IMG/VR virus record: IMGVR_UViG_3300044730_000145
Coordinates: 1 to 31,069 of that record
Direction: 5' to 3' (one strand)
Origin: a virus
Lineage: Duplodnaviria > Caudoviricetes
Length of the DNA stretch: 31,069 bases
Shown: piece by piece, positions 1-8,994 of the stretch
How the letters are laid out: the number at the start of each line of letters is the position of its first letter
Numbering within the stretch: the stretch's first letter is position 1
Position numbers and translations under genes: made by a program
The notes under the pieces: generated by a model
Told to the model about the DNA's origin: nothing
The model's database searches: none
What the model saw: the letters and a program-made list of their open reading frames with translations, nothing else

Positions 1-137
1 TCGGTTTAATTCGATAAGCTTCACACAAAACGCGCGTGATTGTGTAATCGGATCAGGTACGTTCGGACGTGTTCGGTAGGTGTACCTAACTTCGAACCTT
101 GAAATCGGAATGTCAAGGTTTTCAATTACTGACTTTC
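1..137. repeat. Terminal direct repeat, left copy (circularity overlap)
   Basis: 1-137 equals 30933-31069 except T127 vs G31059. Confidence 0.97.
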
Positions 138-1614
138 CCAGCGTGTTGACTTCACCCCCCTTCGTGAGAATTTCAAGTTCACGAAGCGTCTCGATTCTTT
201 TGGCAATGTCTTCGACTGAAGTGTTCAATGCCTTCGCGATTGATTCGCTTGATTCACCGTCGGAAAGTAGCTTCAAAACGTCCTTGTCAGCACCAGTCAA
301 CGTCGCTGAAATTTCGCCAACCTTGTCGAATAGTTGTTTACTTCGTGAAAAAACTTGTTCGCTTGGTGTGTCCCATTCAATCGGTTCGGAATGTAACACG
401 ATGAACTTGTCATTTGATTCACCGAATTGTTCGAACACCTTTATTTCGTCGTCCTTGAATTGATTGTTGTGACATGACTGAACAATCGGTGTCGGTGTCG
501 TTATTGCTGGTGTCGGAACGTCCTTCGGCAATGGATCAACGTCACGAAGTTTAACTTGACCAATATAGCCACCAAGTTCAAGCATTAAATTCAGCATCCA
601 TTCGATTCGTCTTTGCTTTGTGTTGACGTAAGTCGCTTTGAAAATGTTGAATAAATCACCGCTTTCCGCTGAATTGAATGAACCTTCAAGACGTACACCG
701 AACAATTGCGGTGAAGTGATTGCGTGAGCAACAAGAATGTTTTGTTGAACGCTTTTTTCAGTCGCCAAATAACGTTGGTCAAGGTTGTTGCCATTCAACG
801 ACATGACCGTCGGCGCTTCATCTTGTCCATTTGAGAATGTCAAAATGATTTCACCAGCGTCTTCGACCGATTGTGACCGACCTTTGACATTGTCCTTCAA
901 TCGATTCAATTCTTCGGTTGTTTCGGGATAACCTGAAGGAAAGTTGATAAGCGTCCCGGACTTGAATCCGTTTTGCAATTCGTACATATGAAATTTCGAT
1001 ATGTCCACGTCGGTTTGAATCGCGGTGATTCCGCCATAATAAGACGGCTTTGGATATACACCAAGTTCTTTTCGACCGCGAAGGTGCGGTTCTTTGTAGT
1101 AAAGAATAAATGAACCAGTTCGATTGTCCTTGTCAAAAGCTGGTAAAATTCGAAGGTTCGTTTTTTCTGGTGATTGATTCAAAGCCAACCAATCGTCCGA
1201 AATAAAATAGGTTCTTTCATCAACCGACGCGCGAATCATGTCAATCGGAATGTGTTCCCACATTACAACCTTTGTTTGTTCCTTATTCCAAGTTCCTTTG
1301 ACCGCCATTCCGCCGAACAATTCTTGGTCGAACGCAAGTCGTTCAGCGATTTCATTCATGTCGAAATCCGACCATTTGTTGTCGATGAAAGGTTGAACCA
1401 TTCCTGAAACGATTTCAACACCACCGCCAGCAATGTAGAAAGTTTTATTTTTCAAGATTCCTTGGTGATAAGCTGAACCGTTGTAAAGGTCAACCAAGAA
1501 AAATGGATAGTCATTCTTTTTTCCCCATTTCGTAAATCCGAGTGAACGGTCTTTTTCTTCTTCAGGTTTGATAAATTCCTTTCGAAAAGACAAAGAAGTA
1601 ATTTTATTATTCAT
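1..1614 (-). CDS. Portal protein, 5' part (continues across the circular junction to 30780; about 588 aa in total)
   Basis: Absent from the ORF track because it wraps. Hand translation from ATG 1614 (MNNKITSLSFRKEF...WGKKNDYPFFLVDLYNGSAYHQGIL...AFDQELFGG...YPKPSYYGG...LQNGFKSGTLI...QQNILVAHAITSPQLFGV) is open to position 1. The motifs resemble phage portals. Confidence 0.85.
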   Translation of the reverse strand, partial: MNNKITSLSFRKEFIKPEEEKDRSLGFTKWGKKNDYPFFLVDLYNGSAYHQGILKNKTFYIAGGGVEIVSGMVQPFIDNKWSDFDMNEIAERLAFDQELFGGMAVKGTWNKEQTKVVMWEHIPIDMIRASVDERTYFISDDWLALNQSPEKTNLRILPAFDKDNRTGSFILYYKEPHLRGRKELGVYPKPSYYGGITAIQTDVDISKFHMYELQNGFKSGTLINFPSGYPETTEELNRLKDNVKGRSQSVEDAGEIILTFSNGQDEAPTVMSLNGNNLDQRYLATEKSVQQNILVAHAITSPQLFGVRLEGSFNSAESGDLFNIFKATYVNTKQRRIEWMLNLMLELGGYIGQVKLRDVDPLPKDVPTPAITTPTPIVQSCHNNQFKDDEIKVFEQFGESNDKFIVLHSEPIEWDTPSEQVFSRSKQLFDKVGEISATLTGADKDVLKLLSDGESSESIAKALNTSVEDIAKRIETLRELEILTKGGEVNTLGKSVIENLDIPISRFEVRYTYRTRPNVPDPITQSRAFCVKLIELNR

Positions 1615-1975
1615 ATATATTGAAATAAATCGGTGAATCGTATTCGTAACTTGGTGAATCCGCTTCAATCACGTGAGCGCGTCCCGTTTCAACCAGTCCT
1701 TGTGCGTTCAAGGGATCAAGATTCGCTGGTGAAGATTGTTGGTAAATGTTATAAATGTAGAATCCGTCGTAAATGAAATTTACATCCACGCCGTCAATCA
1801 ATACGAATTCATCGTATCGTGGAATTCCTTGTGAAATGTTCGTCAAGACACACGTTTGCGTGTTGAACGATTGTTCATGAATGAATTCAAATAGATAGTT
1901 CGGATTCGCAATTGTTGTCAGTTCCGTCACCGTCACCACCAGCGGTGTTGTTCCGTTTCTTTGTATTTTTAACAT
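1607..1975 (-). CDS. Putative virion structural protein (head-tail joining region), 122 aa
   Basis: ORF is translationally coupled to the portal start and beta-rich; function inferred from position only. Confidence 0.55.
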   Translation of the reverse strand: MLKIQRNGTTPLVVTVTELTTIANPNYLFEFIHEQSFNTQTCVLTNISQGIPRYDEFVLIDGVDVNFIYDGFYIYNIYQQSSPANLDPLNAQGLVETGRAHVIEADSPSYEYDSPIYFNIYE

Positions 1976-2129
1976 TCTCTTTTTTTACAAGGTTCGGTTT
2001 TTCAAATTCATAAATGTCTAAAATTCCAAGCGACAAATACATTTCACCTTTGTCAGCTTCAATTTTGACGTATCGTTCAAGCGTTGGTGACCAACATTTG
2101 CAACCGATAAATTCTTTTTTTAATTCCAT
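1887..2129 (-). CDS. Hypothetical protein, 80 aa
   Basis: ORF preceded by TAATTTAG-N4-ATG; its 3' end overlaps the next gene. Confidence 0.55.
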   Translation of the reverse strand: MELKKEFIGCKCWSPTLERYVKIEADKGEMYLSLGILDIYEFEKPNLVKKENVKNTKKRNNTAGGDGDGTDNNCESELSI

Positions 2130-2133
2130 GCGA

Positions 2134-2141
2134 CTAAATTA
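2134..2141 (-). promoter_or_regulatory. Bacteroidota-type -7 promoter element (TAATTTAG)
   Basis: One mismatch to TAnnTTTG; lies directly after a terminator, 4 nt before ATG 2129. Confidence 0.5.
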
Positions 2142-2144
2142 AAC

Positions 2145-2177
2145 AAAAAAAAGGGACGGGACAACGCCCATCCCCTT
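2145..2177 (-). terminator. Intrinsic terminator after the major tail gene
   Basis: Minus strand GGGATGGG-CGTTGT-CCCGTCCC followed by T8. Confidence 0.8.
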
Positions 2178-2196
2178 AAAATTGTGGTAGTTAAAA

Positions 2197-2730
2197 TTAG
2201 ATTGAAGGTGATTGTTGACCTAACAATGTAGAGTAAAGCGTTGAATTCACGTCAGGAACTTCGTCGTTTTCCATTCCACGCATAACAATCACGTGACCTT
2301 TTCGGTCGCTTTTCAACACGCCTGAACTGTATTCATTCGCGTCGGCAACCTGAAGACCTTCACCAAGACCAAGCGCCACGATTGTTCCGTCAGCGTTTTC
2401 AACCAAACAAACACATTCGTTTTGTGCAAGCATATGAATTTCCGCGCGAAGTTCTTTTGAATCACTTGCAAGGATCATTGAAAGTTCGTGTTCATACCAC
2501 AAAGTTCCGTTGTTTTTGTCAACGCGAACTGGTGCGGTGTAACTTGATAAATTTGACTTCAATTTGTAAAGGAATGTTTCACCAGTTACCGTCAATGAAG
2601 TTAATTCGTTTGAAGCCGAAACAACCGCGCCTGAAGTTGCACCCAAAGGAAACAACAACACCGATTTGATTCCGCCTTTCCCGTTGGTACACGTTCTATC
2701 GTTGTACCCGGTTGTCATATTACAAGACAT
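2197..2730 (-). CDS. Putative major tail tube protein, 177 aa
   Basis: MSC...C.NGKGGIK N-terminus and NNGTLWYEHEL resemble Bacteroidota phage tail tube proteins; directly follows the capsid gene. Confidence 0.65.
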   Translation of the reverse strand: MSCNMTTGYNDRTCTNGKGGIKSVLLFPLGATSGAVVSASNELTSLTVTGETFLYKLKSNLSSYTAPVRVDKNNGTLWYEHELSMILASDSKELRAEIHMLAQNECVCLVENADGTIVALGLGEGLQVADANEYSSGVLKSDRKGHVIVMRGMENDEVPDVNSTLYSTLLGQQSPSI

Positions 2731-2755
2731 AATTTTTTATTTTTTTAAGTTTAAC

Positions 2756-2780
2756 AAATGGCGCACCGAAATGCGCCGTT
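2756..2780 (-). terminator. UUCG-tetraloop hairpin after the capsid gene (partial terminator or mRNA stabiliser)
   Basis: Minus strand GGCGCAT-TTCG-GTGCGCC followed by ATTTGTT. Confidence 0.55.
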
Positions 2781-2792
2781 AATTGTTTTGAA

Positions 2793-3752
2793 TTATAGTC
2801 CTTCGTATGTTCCGACTTGGTTCAAGAAAGGTACTTGAACACCAGCGCGGAATTTAGAACGTAAATAAATCACATCGTCATCGAAAGAATACCATAAATC
2901 GTATGATTCGAAGTCACTTGAAAGGTCAGTTCCAAAGAAGAAATGTGAAGCGCGACCAGTGTAAATCTTTGTCGTTCCATTCAATCCGTTCACCTTAACA
3001 ACTCTCATGTTTGTTCCCGGTAAAAGCAATTCGCTCAAAGTCGCGATTTGTGTTGGATTGTAGTTGTACAAGTTCAAGTCAACCAAGTTCTTTAATAAGA
3101 AGTTGAAATTCTCACGACCAGTAAAACAAATGAAGTCAGCACCTTCAGCGATGTTCGACGGTGTGTTCGTGAACGCTTCGTAAAAAATATCGAATGCGTT
3201 GGTTGCATCGATTGACGTAGCACCTGAAGTGTTCAAGTCAACACAACCATTCGCAACAGTTAAGAATTGATTGAATCCATTCATGAAAGCCAAGTTGCCT
3301 GAACCTGAAGCTTTGTTACCTTGCCAAATTAATTTTTCTAATTCGAACGCGTGTAACTCTAAAAGGTAGTTAATTAAGATTTGCTCAAATGGCAACGTCT
3401 TGTCTTCAGCCATTGCACCCGGACGAAGCGCAAGTTGCGTCCAGAATCCAGCCAAATCCTTTTGACAAAATCTTTTTAAGTAACCGATTGTTTCAACAGC
3501 AATCGCACGATCCGTGAAGATTGTGTCGCCTGAAGGTGACATTGAACAATCACCAGTTTGATAAACAATTGAATCGTTAAGCAATTTTAATTCTTCGCTT
3601 CCTTTGATTCCTTGTTGAATCGCAATGTATTGAAGTGTTTGTGCTTCAGTTACGGAACGATGAATAAGGTCTTCACGTTGTTCGTCAACGTATGGTTGTA
3701 GACCAGCGACATTGTAGTCGAAGTTTGATTTTACGTACTTTTTAATAGACAT
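2793..3752 (-). CDS. Major capsid protein (HK97 fold), 319 aa
   Basis: Size, ELEKLIWQG...AFMNGF motif, and position after the protease and scaffold genes. Confidence 0.85.
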   Translation of the reverse strand: MSIKKYVKSNFDYNVAGLQPYVDEQREDLIHRSVTEAQTLQYIAIQQGIKGSEELKLLNDSIVYQTGDCSMSPSGDTIFTDRAIAVETIGYLKRFCQKDLAGFWTQLALRPGAMAEDKTLPFEQILINYLLELHAFELEKLIWQGNKASGSGNLAFMNGFNQFLTVANGCVDLNTSGATSIDATNAFDIFYEAFTNTPSNIAEGADFICFTGRENFNFLLKNLVDLNLYNYNPTQIATLSELLLPGTNMRVVKVNGLNGTTKIYTGRASHFFFGTDLSSDFESYDLWYSFDDDVIYLRSKFRAGVQVPFLNQVGTYEGL

Positions 3753-3754
3753 TT

Positions 3755-4495
3755 TTATAGGTTTTTATATTGTTTCAAAAATTGTTGTTTAGCAGTCAAG
3801 TTGCCAGCTCTTGAGAATTTCTCGTTTTCTTTTGTTTCGTTCGACGGCATCGCCTTGAAGCTTTCGAAGTCAGCTTTCAAAGACGCGATTTCACTTCGAA
3901 GTGACGCGTTGTCATCGGAAATACTTTTCAAGCTTTCAACAACCGCTTCGAAAGTAGTTGTTAAGTTTGAAAGTTTTCCATTGATTATTCCTTCAATCGC
4001 TTCAGCGGACATTGATTCTTCGACCACTTCAGTTTCTTCACTTGAAGTCATTTCGTTTATCTTGGTTATAACGGCGCTTGCAACGTCGTAAGCTTGTGCC
4101 ATTTCAAGACCAAGTTCGGACGCGATTATTTCCGTTACCCCTTCAAGTACAGCTGGTAAAATGTCAGCGGACACCGCTTCGAATTCAGCGCTTGTTTCTT
4201 CGGTTGTTACTTCTTCATTTCCACGTTCGTCGGTAACTTCGGAAATAAATCCGTCAGCGTCCACGGTGATTGTTACACCAGTGTATTCGCCACCAAGCGC
4301 GTGTGTTCCTTCAGGTGCTGGAATTCGACCTTCGTCGGTAACGATGAAAACTTGTTGACCAGCTTCAAGCGAATCAAATTCAATTGTCGTTTCACCGTCC
4401 AATAAAGTTGCGGTTTCGAACGTTTGTTCGGTTGCCGTTTCAAACATGGATTTGATTTTTCCAAGTTCTTTCATTACTTTTTCGTATGCGTTCAT
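3755..4495 (-). CDS. Putative capsid scaffolding protein, 246 aa
   Basis: Very acidic, with a PAPEGTH motif and C-terminal coiled coil; lies between protease and capsid genes. Confidence 0.65.
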   Translation of the reverse strand: MNAYEKVMKELGKIKSMFETATEQTFETATLLDGETTIEFDSLEAGQQVFIVTDEGRIPAPEGTHALGGEYTGVTITVDADGFISEVTDERGNEEVTTEETSAEFEAVSADILPAVLEGVTEIIASELGLEMAQAYDVASAVITKINEMTSSEETEVVEESMSAEAIEGIINGKLSNLTTTFEAVVESLKSISDDNASLRSEIASLKADFESFKAMPSNETKENEKFSRAGNLTAKQQFLKQYKNL

Positions 4496-4508
4496 GTAGT
4501 GTTTTTTA

Positions 4509-4527
4509 TATTATGTTTTCTTGTTCG
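4509..4527 (-). promoter_or_regulatory. Putative phage late promoter, copy 1 (CGAACAAGAAAACATAATA)
   Basis: 19-bp motif shared with 5446, 13755 and 16127; 13 nt upstream of the scaffold ATG. Confidence 0.7.
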
Positions 4528-4532
4528 AAAAT

Positions 4533-5438
4533 TTAGATTTCACCAAGTTCCTTCAGCTTGGATTCCGACCAGCGAAGTCCAGCTTTGCCACCCCACAACA
4601 AGAATGAAATCGTTCCACAAGCCGACGTGTCGCTTTCATTGTAGTAAGCTTCAGCGCGTGACAAATAAGAATACATTCTTTTGATTATGGCAACCGATAC
4701 GGTGTCACGATTCGCCAAAGTCGTTGCGCGTAAACGACCGACACGCGTTGCACATTTGTTCCCGTGCTTTTGATTCAATTCGATTCCTCGTTTCGCGTTA
4801 TTCGACACCGCTTCAGGATAGTCGTTGAACATTCGGATTCTTTCGATGTTTCGTCGCCACAATTGAACTTCTTTCAAGATTGCTTCGAATTCGGATTCCT
4901 TGGTTTTGTCCGTTTCAAGCAACATGAAAACACCTTCAATCGAGAAGCCGTTGAATTCACCATTCTTTGCTTTTTCAAACAATGCTTTGTCGGTCACCTT
5001 ATAAGACACCAACCATGAACCGTCGTTCGCGTCCTTGAATCTTTCAGGTGCTGTGAATCCACGTTCGTTGTCAATCTGGTAACTCATTATCATGAACACC
5101 CCGTCAACGACCTTGTGCGGATTGTGATCCAGATTCACGTTGTTAAAATTGTTCCGACGTGCGTAATCGAACACGATGTTTCGAATGGCGTCCTTCTTAA
5201 AAACAACGTAGTATTCTTCCTTTGATTCTTCGTCGTAACGATATATTGGTGTGTCCGCTGAAATCGCAATCCCGGTGATGACTTGTTGTTCTTCGTTGAA
5301 TTCATACTTGACCTTCTTTCCGAACATTTCGAAGTTCTTTTCATGCGCTGGAAATTCAACCAACGAATTGAACGACACCGTTGTTTCTGGATCATTCAAA
5401 TCAATCATGATTTCGTAAACTGGTAAATCTTTTTTCAT
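4533..5438 (-). CDS. Prohead protease (XkdF/peptidase S78-like) with an extra C-terminal domain, 301 aa
   Basis: Likely start MKKDLPVYEI at 5438. Motifs SLVEFPA, NVNLDH, GSWLVSYKV and GEFNGFSIEG. Confidence 0.8.
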   Translation of the reverse strand: MKKDLPVYEIMIDLNDPETTVSFNSLVEFPAHEKNFEMFGKKVKYEFNEEQQVITGIAISADTPIYRYDEESKEEYYVVFKKDAIRNIVFDYARRNNFNNVNLDHNPHKVVDGVFMIMSYQIDNERGFTAPERFKDANDGSWLVSYKVTDKALFEKAKNGEFNGFSIEGVFMLLETDKTKESEFEAILKEVQLWRRNIERIRMFNDYPEAVSNNAKRGIELNQKHGNKCATRVGRLRATTLANRDTVSVAIIKRMYSYLSRAEAYYNESDTSACGTISFLLWGGKAGLRWSESKLKELGEI

Positions 5439-5445
5439 GTTACTA

Positions 5446-5464
5446 TAATATGTAATTTTGTTCG
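5446..5464 (-). promoter_or_regulatory. Putative phage late promoter, copy 2 (CGAACAAAATTACATATTA); contains a + strand TAATTTTG at 5453-5460
   Basis: Motif fills most of the 26-bp divergent gap between the protease and Stealth-like genes. Confidence 0.7.
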
Positions 5465-6127
5465 ATGACATTTGTATTCCCTTATCGACGAAGTCGCGAT
5501 GACTTCGACATTCAACAATCAATCCGATTCATTCGGATGTCGTTCCCTGAAGCGCACATCGTTACCGTTGGTGACAAGGTCGCGACCATTGACAACATTC
5601 CTTGTCCACAATTGAACAACATTCGTGGTTCGGACGTAACGAACAAAATGTTGACGTATGCCCGTGAACGTGGTGGTGAATTCATCTACATGAACGACGA
5701 CTTTTATATCACGCCAAAACTTCGCGCCGACATTCCGATTCACATCGGTGAATTCGAATTGAATCCACGACATCCGTCACACTACCGTGAAGCCATGTTT
5801 AACACGATTGAATTTTTAAAGTATTATGACCGACCGTTGTGGAACTTCGAAACACATTCGCCAGTGTTAATGGATTCGGACAAGTTGCTTGAAATCTTTG
5901 AACTAATCGAATGGCAACGATACAACCATTTTATCAAATCAATTTACCTGAACATGAATTCACCTGAATTGATTCGCAAAGGTGACAACGTCAAGCTTGC
6001 AAAGGACAACATTCCCAAAGCTGAAGAATTGCTTCGAACGTATGGTTGCTTTTCCACGTCCGATTCATTCCTAACAACGCGCGGTCGTTCATGGCTTAAA
6101 AACTTGTTTTGGATTCTTGAAGTTTAA
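5465..6127 (+). CDS. Stealth-family-like sugar-1-phosphate transferase, 220 aa
   Basis: TFVFPY, DIQQSIRFI (cf. ELRYSLRSI), EFIYMNDDFYI and ETHSP resemble Stealth CR1-CR3. It is the only credible + strand gene and fills the gap between tape measure and protease. Confidence 0.7.
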   Translation: MTFVFPYRRSRDDFDIQQSIRFIRMSFPEAHIVTVGDKVATIDNIPCPQLNNIRGSDVTNKMLTYARERGGEFIYMNDDFYITPKLRADIPIHIGEFELNPRHPSHYREAMFNTIEFLKYYDRPLWNFETHSPVLMDSDKLLEIFELIEWQRYNHFIKSIYLNMNSPELIRKGDNVKLAKDNIPKAEELLRTYGCFSTSDSFLTTRGRSWLKNLFWILEV

Positions 6128-8801
6128 CTTTGTTTTGTGTTTGACTTATGTCGCTTTCAAGAACGAATACTTGTGACGAAGGAATGTTACTTGTCGTTGC
6201 ACCTTGTTCACCAAGCAATCCAGCGGTTGACGTTTGTGTGTTCGAAGAAGTAAAGGACGAAGCGCCAGCGCCAGCCATTCCACCACCACCACCACCACCA
6301 GCGGTTGAAAAGTTCGGTGCGCTTGGTGCTGAACCAGCTTTGTATTGTTGATTCGCGATTGCGAGCGCTTGCGTCACACCGATGACACCAGCCGACGCGA
6401 TACCAGCGATTCCCATTGGCGACGGTGGTGGCCCGAATTGTGCAATTGCCTTCACGATTGCGGACGCCGTGTCGATTGCAACCTGACCAAGTTTGATTGC
6501 TTTGTCGCGGTTGAATTGCGCCTTCTTTATTTTTTCTTCGGCGTTGTACGCTTGAAGTTGAACGGCGTATTTTTGTTGTGCGAACTTTTCTTCAATGTCG
6601 GTCTTTTGTTGCGCGGTCAATCCTTCAGCGCTCAATTCAGCTTGCATCTTTGCGTCAAGGTTCGCAAGGTCTTCGTCGCGACGTCCTTCAATCTTGTTCA
6701 ATCTCGCTTGGTCGATTTCATCCATTAACGCGTCAACCGTCTTCACGTGGTCAAGCACCATTTGCGCATTTCCAAGAAATTCGGTCACACCTTTCAAAGA
6801 TTCTTCACGGTCTTTGATTGCTTGTTCATTCCGCTTGTCCGAAGCCGTTTTGTTTATTTCAACAATCTTGTCAGCTTTCTTTTGTTCCAGAGCAATCAAA
6901 GCGTTGTCATGTTGTTCCTTGGTGATTCGTTCGTTTTCATCCGTGGAATTCAATCGACGAAGCAATTCTTTTTTCGCGTCTTCGGTTGTCTGGTTCAATT
7001 CAGCAAGCGCCTTTTGTTCGTCGTCCAAAAGAATGTCGTTCAGGAATTTTTGTCGGTCGCGTCGCTTTGTTTCATTTTCCGCGTCAATCTTCAATTGAGC
7101 GTCCGCGTATTTTTGTCGGACTTCAGCTTTTTTCGTTGCTTCTTCAGCTTCCAATTGTGCGACCAGTTGCGCACCTTGTTCACCAAGTTTTTTTGCGTTT
7201 TGAATTTTTTCGAAGTATTGTTCTTGAATGTCGTCTTCTTCATTTTTCATTGCCGATTGTTTCGAACGTCGAATTGCTTCGTCACGCGCTTCTTCTTCAG
7301 CAATCATTTGATTGTTGTGTTTTTTTAAATCTTCTTTTGTTTTCTCGTTCGCTTTCGCTTCAGCTTCTTTAATTTTTTCACGATTCTTTTGCGCCACGTC
7401 GAACGCCTTCTTTGCGTTGTCGTCCGCCTTCTTTTGAACTTCGTGGTTGTGTTCCGCAACCATTACTTCAATTGCGTTCTTCGTTGCGACATTGTCTTTG
7501 TATGAATCGGAAATAATTTTCTTCGCGGATTCAAGGCGTTTTTTCAACGCTTTGTAACGATCCGAATCTACGTCTTCATTTTCAAGCAACAATTCCATTT
7601 CCGCTTGAATTGCTTTCATCTTTGCCTTTTGAAGTTCTAAATAAACACGACCGCTTGACAAGTGCGCTTTCGCCTTCATCAATTCCATTTCGTAAGTGTC
7701 TTTGCCTGAAGCTTTCGCCATGTTGATTTCATGCGTATACTTTGCGTCGGTTGCGTCTTGTTCTTTCTTGATTGCCTTCGCTCGCTTGTCAGCGCTTTTC
7801 ACAACCGCTTCGGTGTGTGATTGCGCGTTCTTTTTCATCTTCGCCGTTTGAACATCGTCCACAACCCCAAAGTATTCAAGCGCCTTGACAACGCCGTAAA
7901 TAACAATAAGCAATGGCGCAAATGCAGCCGCCGCAATTGCCACCGCAATCTTTACACCGGGACCAAGTTTTTCAAATTCTTCACGCGCTTTCAAAACGAA
8001 TGCGGACACCTTGTCGAAGTTGGCAATCAACAATCCAAGACCAATCACAAGCGCACCGATTCCCGTGGAAATCATTGCAAGCCGAAACAATTTCATTCCA
8101 GTCACCGCGGTCGCCGTTGCCGTTGAACTTGCTACGGTCGCCGTTGTTTGTGCAACCGTTGCGGTTGTTTGTGCGGTGGTTGCAACCGTGCCTTGAACGA
8201 ACGATGAATTCTTTAATTTTTCCCAAGCCGTCCGAAGCTGGATTCCGAGAATGGAATCGGAATTCAATTTGTTCGCAATGGTCGTGACTGAATTCACAAG
8301 ACCTTGAACCGCTTGAAGCTTGACCATTGTTTGCATCAACTTTTCATTTTCAACACCAGCCAACGCCATTGCGGATTGAACACCTTGAAATGCAGCCGCA
8401 CCGACTTCGATTCCTGACATTGCGGTGTCAAGACCTTTGAAGTCCGATGACAACGCCGTTGTTTGTGCTTTCAAGTCACCGATTTCGTCCTTCAATCCAG
8501 CGGCATTTTGTAACGCTTGCGCACCGATTGGCGAACTTGCGCCAGCTTGAATCGCAATCGTTTGATATTCTTTCATCGTTTGCGTCATTTCACGCATGGA
8601 AAGCCCACCAGCTTCAAGACGTGCGTCAAGTTCCGCAAGTCGTTGAGCCATGGCATCCGTTCCGCTCGAATCCTTCGCGGTCGTTTGTGTGGTCTTCAAA
8701 TCTTTGTTAAGTTGATTGACCGCCTTGTCCGCGTTTTGAAGGTCTTGAACCGAATTCCCGGTGTTTACTTTGACGGTGAAAACCGCTTCTTTATTTGCCA
8801 T
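6096..8801 (-). CDS. Tail tape measure protein, 901 aa
   Basis: Longest ORF; Ala/Lys/Glu/Gln-rich coiled coil with hydrophobic segments. Confidence 0.75.
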   Translation of the reverse strand: MANKEAVFTVKVNTGNSVQDLQNADKAVNQLNKDLKTTQTTAKDSSGTDAMAQRLAELDARLEAGGLSMREMTQTMKEYQTIAIQAGASSPIGAQALQNAAGLKDEIGDLKAQTTALSSDFKGLDTAMSGIEVGAAAFQGVQSAMALAGVENEKLMQTMVKLQAVQGLVNSVTTIANKLNSDSILGIQLRTAWEKLKNSSFVQGTVATTAQTTATVAQTTATVASSTATATAVTGMKLFRLAMISTGIGALVIGLGLLIANFDKVSAFVLKAREEFEKLGPGVKIAVAIAAAAFAPLLIVIYGVVKALEYFGVVDDVQTAKMKKNAQSHTEAVVKSADKRAKAIKKEQDATDAKYTHEINMAKASGKDTYEMELMKAKAHLSSGRVYLELQKAKMKAIQAEMELLLENEDVDSDRYKALKKRLESAKKIISDSYKDNVATKNAIEVMVAEHNHEVQKKADDNAKKAFDVAQKNREKIKEAEAKANEKTKEDLKKHNNQMIAEEEARDEAIRRSKQSAMKNEEDDIQEQYFEKIQNAKKLGEQGAQLVAQLEAEEATKKAEVRQKYADAQLKIDAENETKRRDRQKFLNDILLDDEQKALAELNQTTEDAKKELLRRLNSTDENERITKEQHDNALIALEQKKADKIVEINKTASDKRNEQAIKDREESLKGVTEFLGNAQMVLDHVKTVDALMDEIDQARLNKIEGRRDEDLANLDAKMQAELSAEGLTAQQKTDIEEKFAQQKYAVQLQAYNAEEKIKKAQFNRDKAIKLGQVAIDTASAIVKAIAQFGPPPSPMGIAGIASAGVIGVTQALAIANQQYKAGSAPSAPNFSTAGGGGGGGMAGAGASSFTSSNTQTSTAGLLGEQGATTSNIPSSQVFVLESDISQTQNKVKLQESKTSF

Positions 8802-8994
8802 AAAGCTTGATTAAAAAGTCGTTGATGTTATTGAATGATTCGTTGTCGATTGTCATGGTCGTGTCGCATAGAATCACACCACGATCCGTCGGAACGTGCG
8901 CTTGTGTTTCGTTTACAATTTCAGCGTCGCCGTCGAAGTGATATTCAAGGTCGCGCATTACGAACCCTTTTGGAATGATTGTCAAATTAAGCAT
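8791..8994 (-). CDS. Small tail-region protein, 67 aa (MLNLTIIPKGF...)
   Basis: Start 8994 overlaps the end of the fibre gene; stop overlaps the tape measure start. Confidence 0.6.
   Translation of the reverse strand: MLNLTIIPKGFVMRDLEYHFDGDAEIVNETQAHVPTDRGVILCDTTMTIDNESFNNINDFLIKLYGK

Noticed and set aside
1-137. Terminal repeat as a T7-like physical end or LTR
   Set aside because: It falls mid-portal and reads through in frame, so it is best explained as assembly overlap.
591-1407. Short ORFs suggesting a fragmented or recoded region
   Set aside because: Hand translation shows one intact portal frame in the standard code; there is no need to invoke stop-codon reassignment.
4509-4527. TATTATGTT as the XerD arm of a dif site
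   Set aside because: No XerC arm; four oriented copies before start codons fit a promoter better.
6281-6300. (CAC)n microsatellite
   Set aside because: Encodes a poly-Gly linker in the tape measure protein; in-frame and unremarkable.
6148-8810. Many + strand ORFs opposite the tape measure gene (and similar ones elsewhere, e.g. 80-463 and 3801-4358)
   Set aside because: Antisense shadows of real genes: Ser/Phe-rich, no motifs, fully overlapping.
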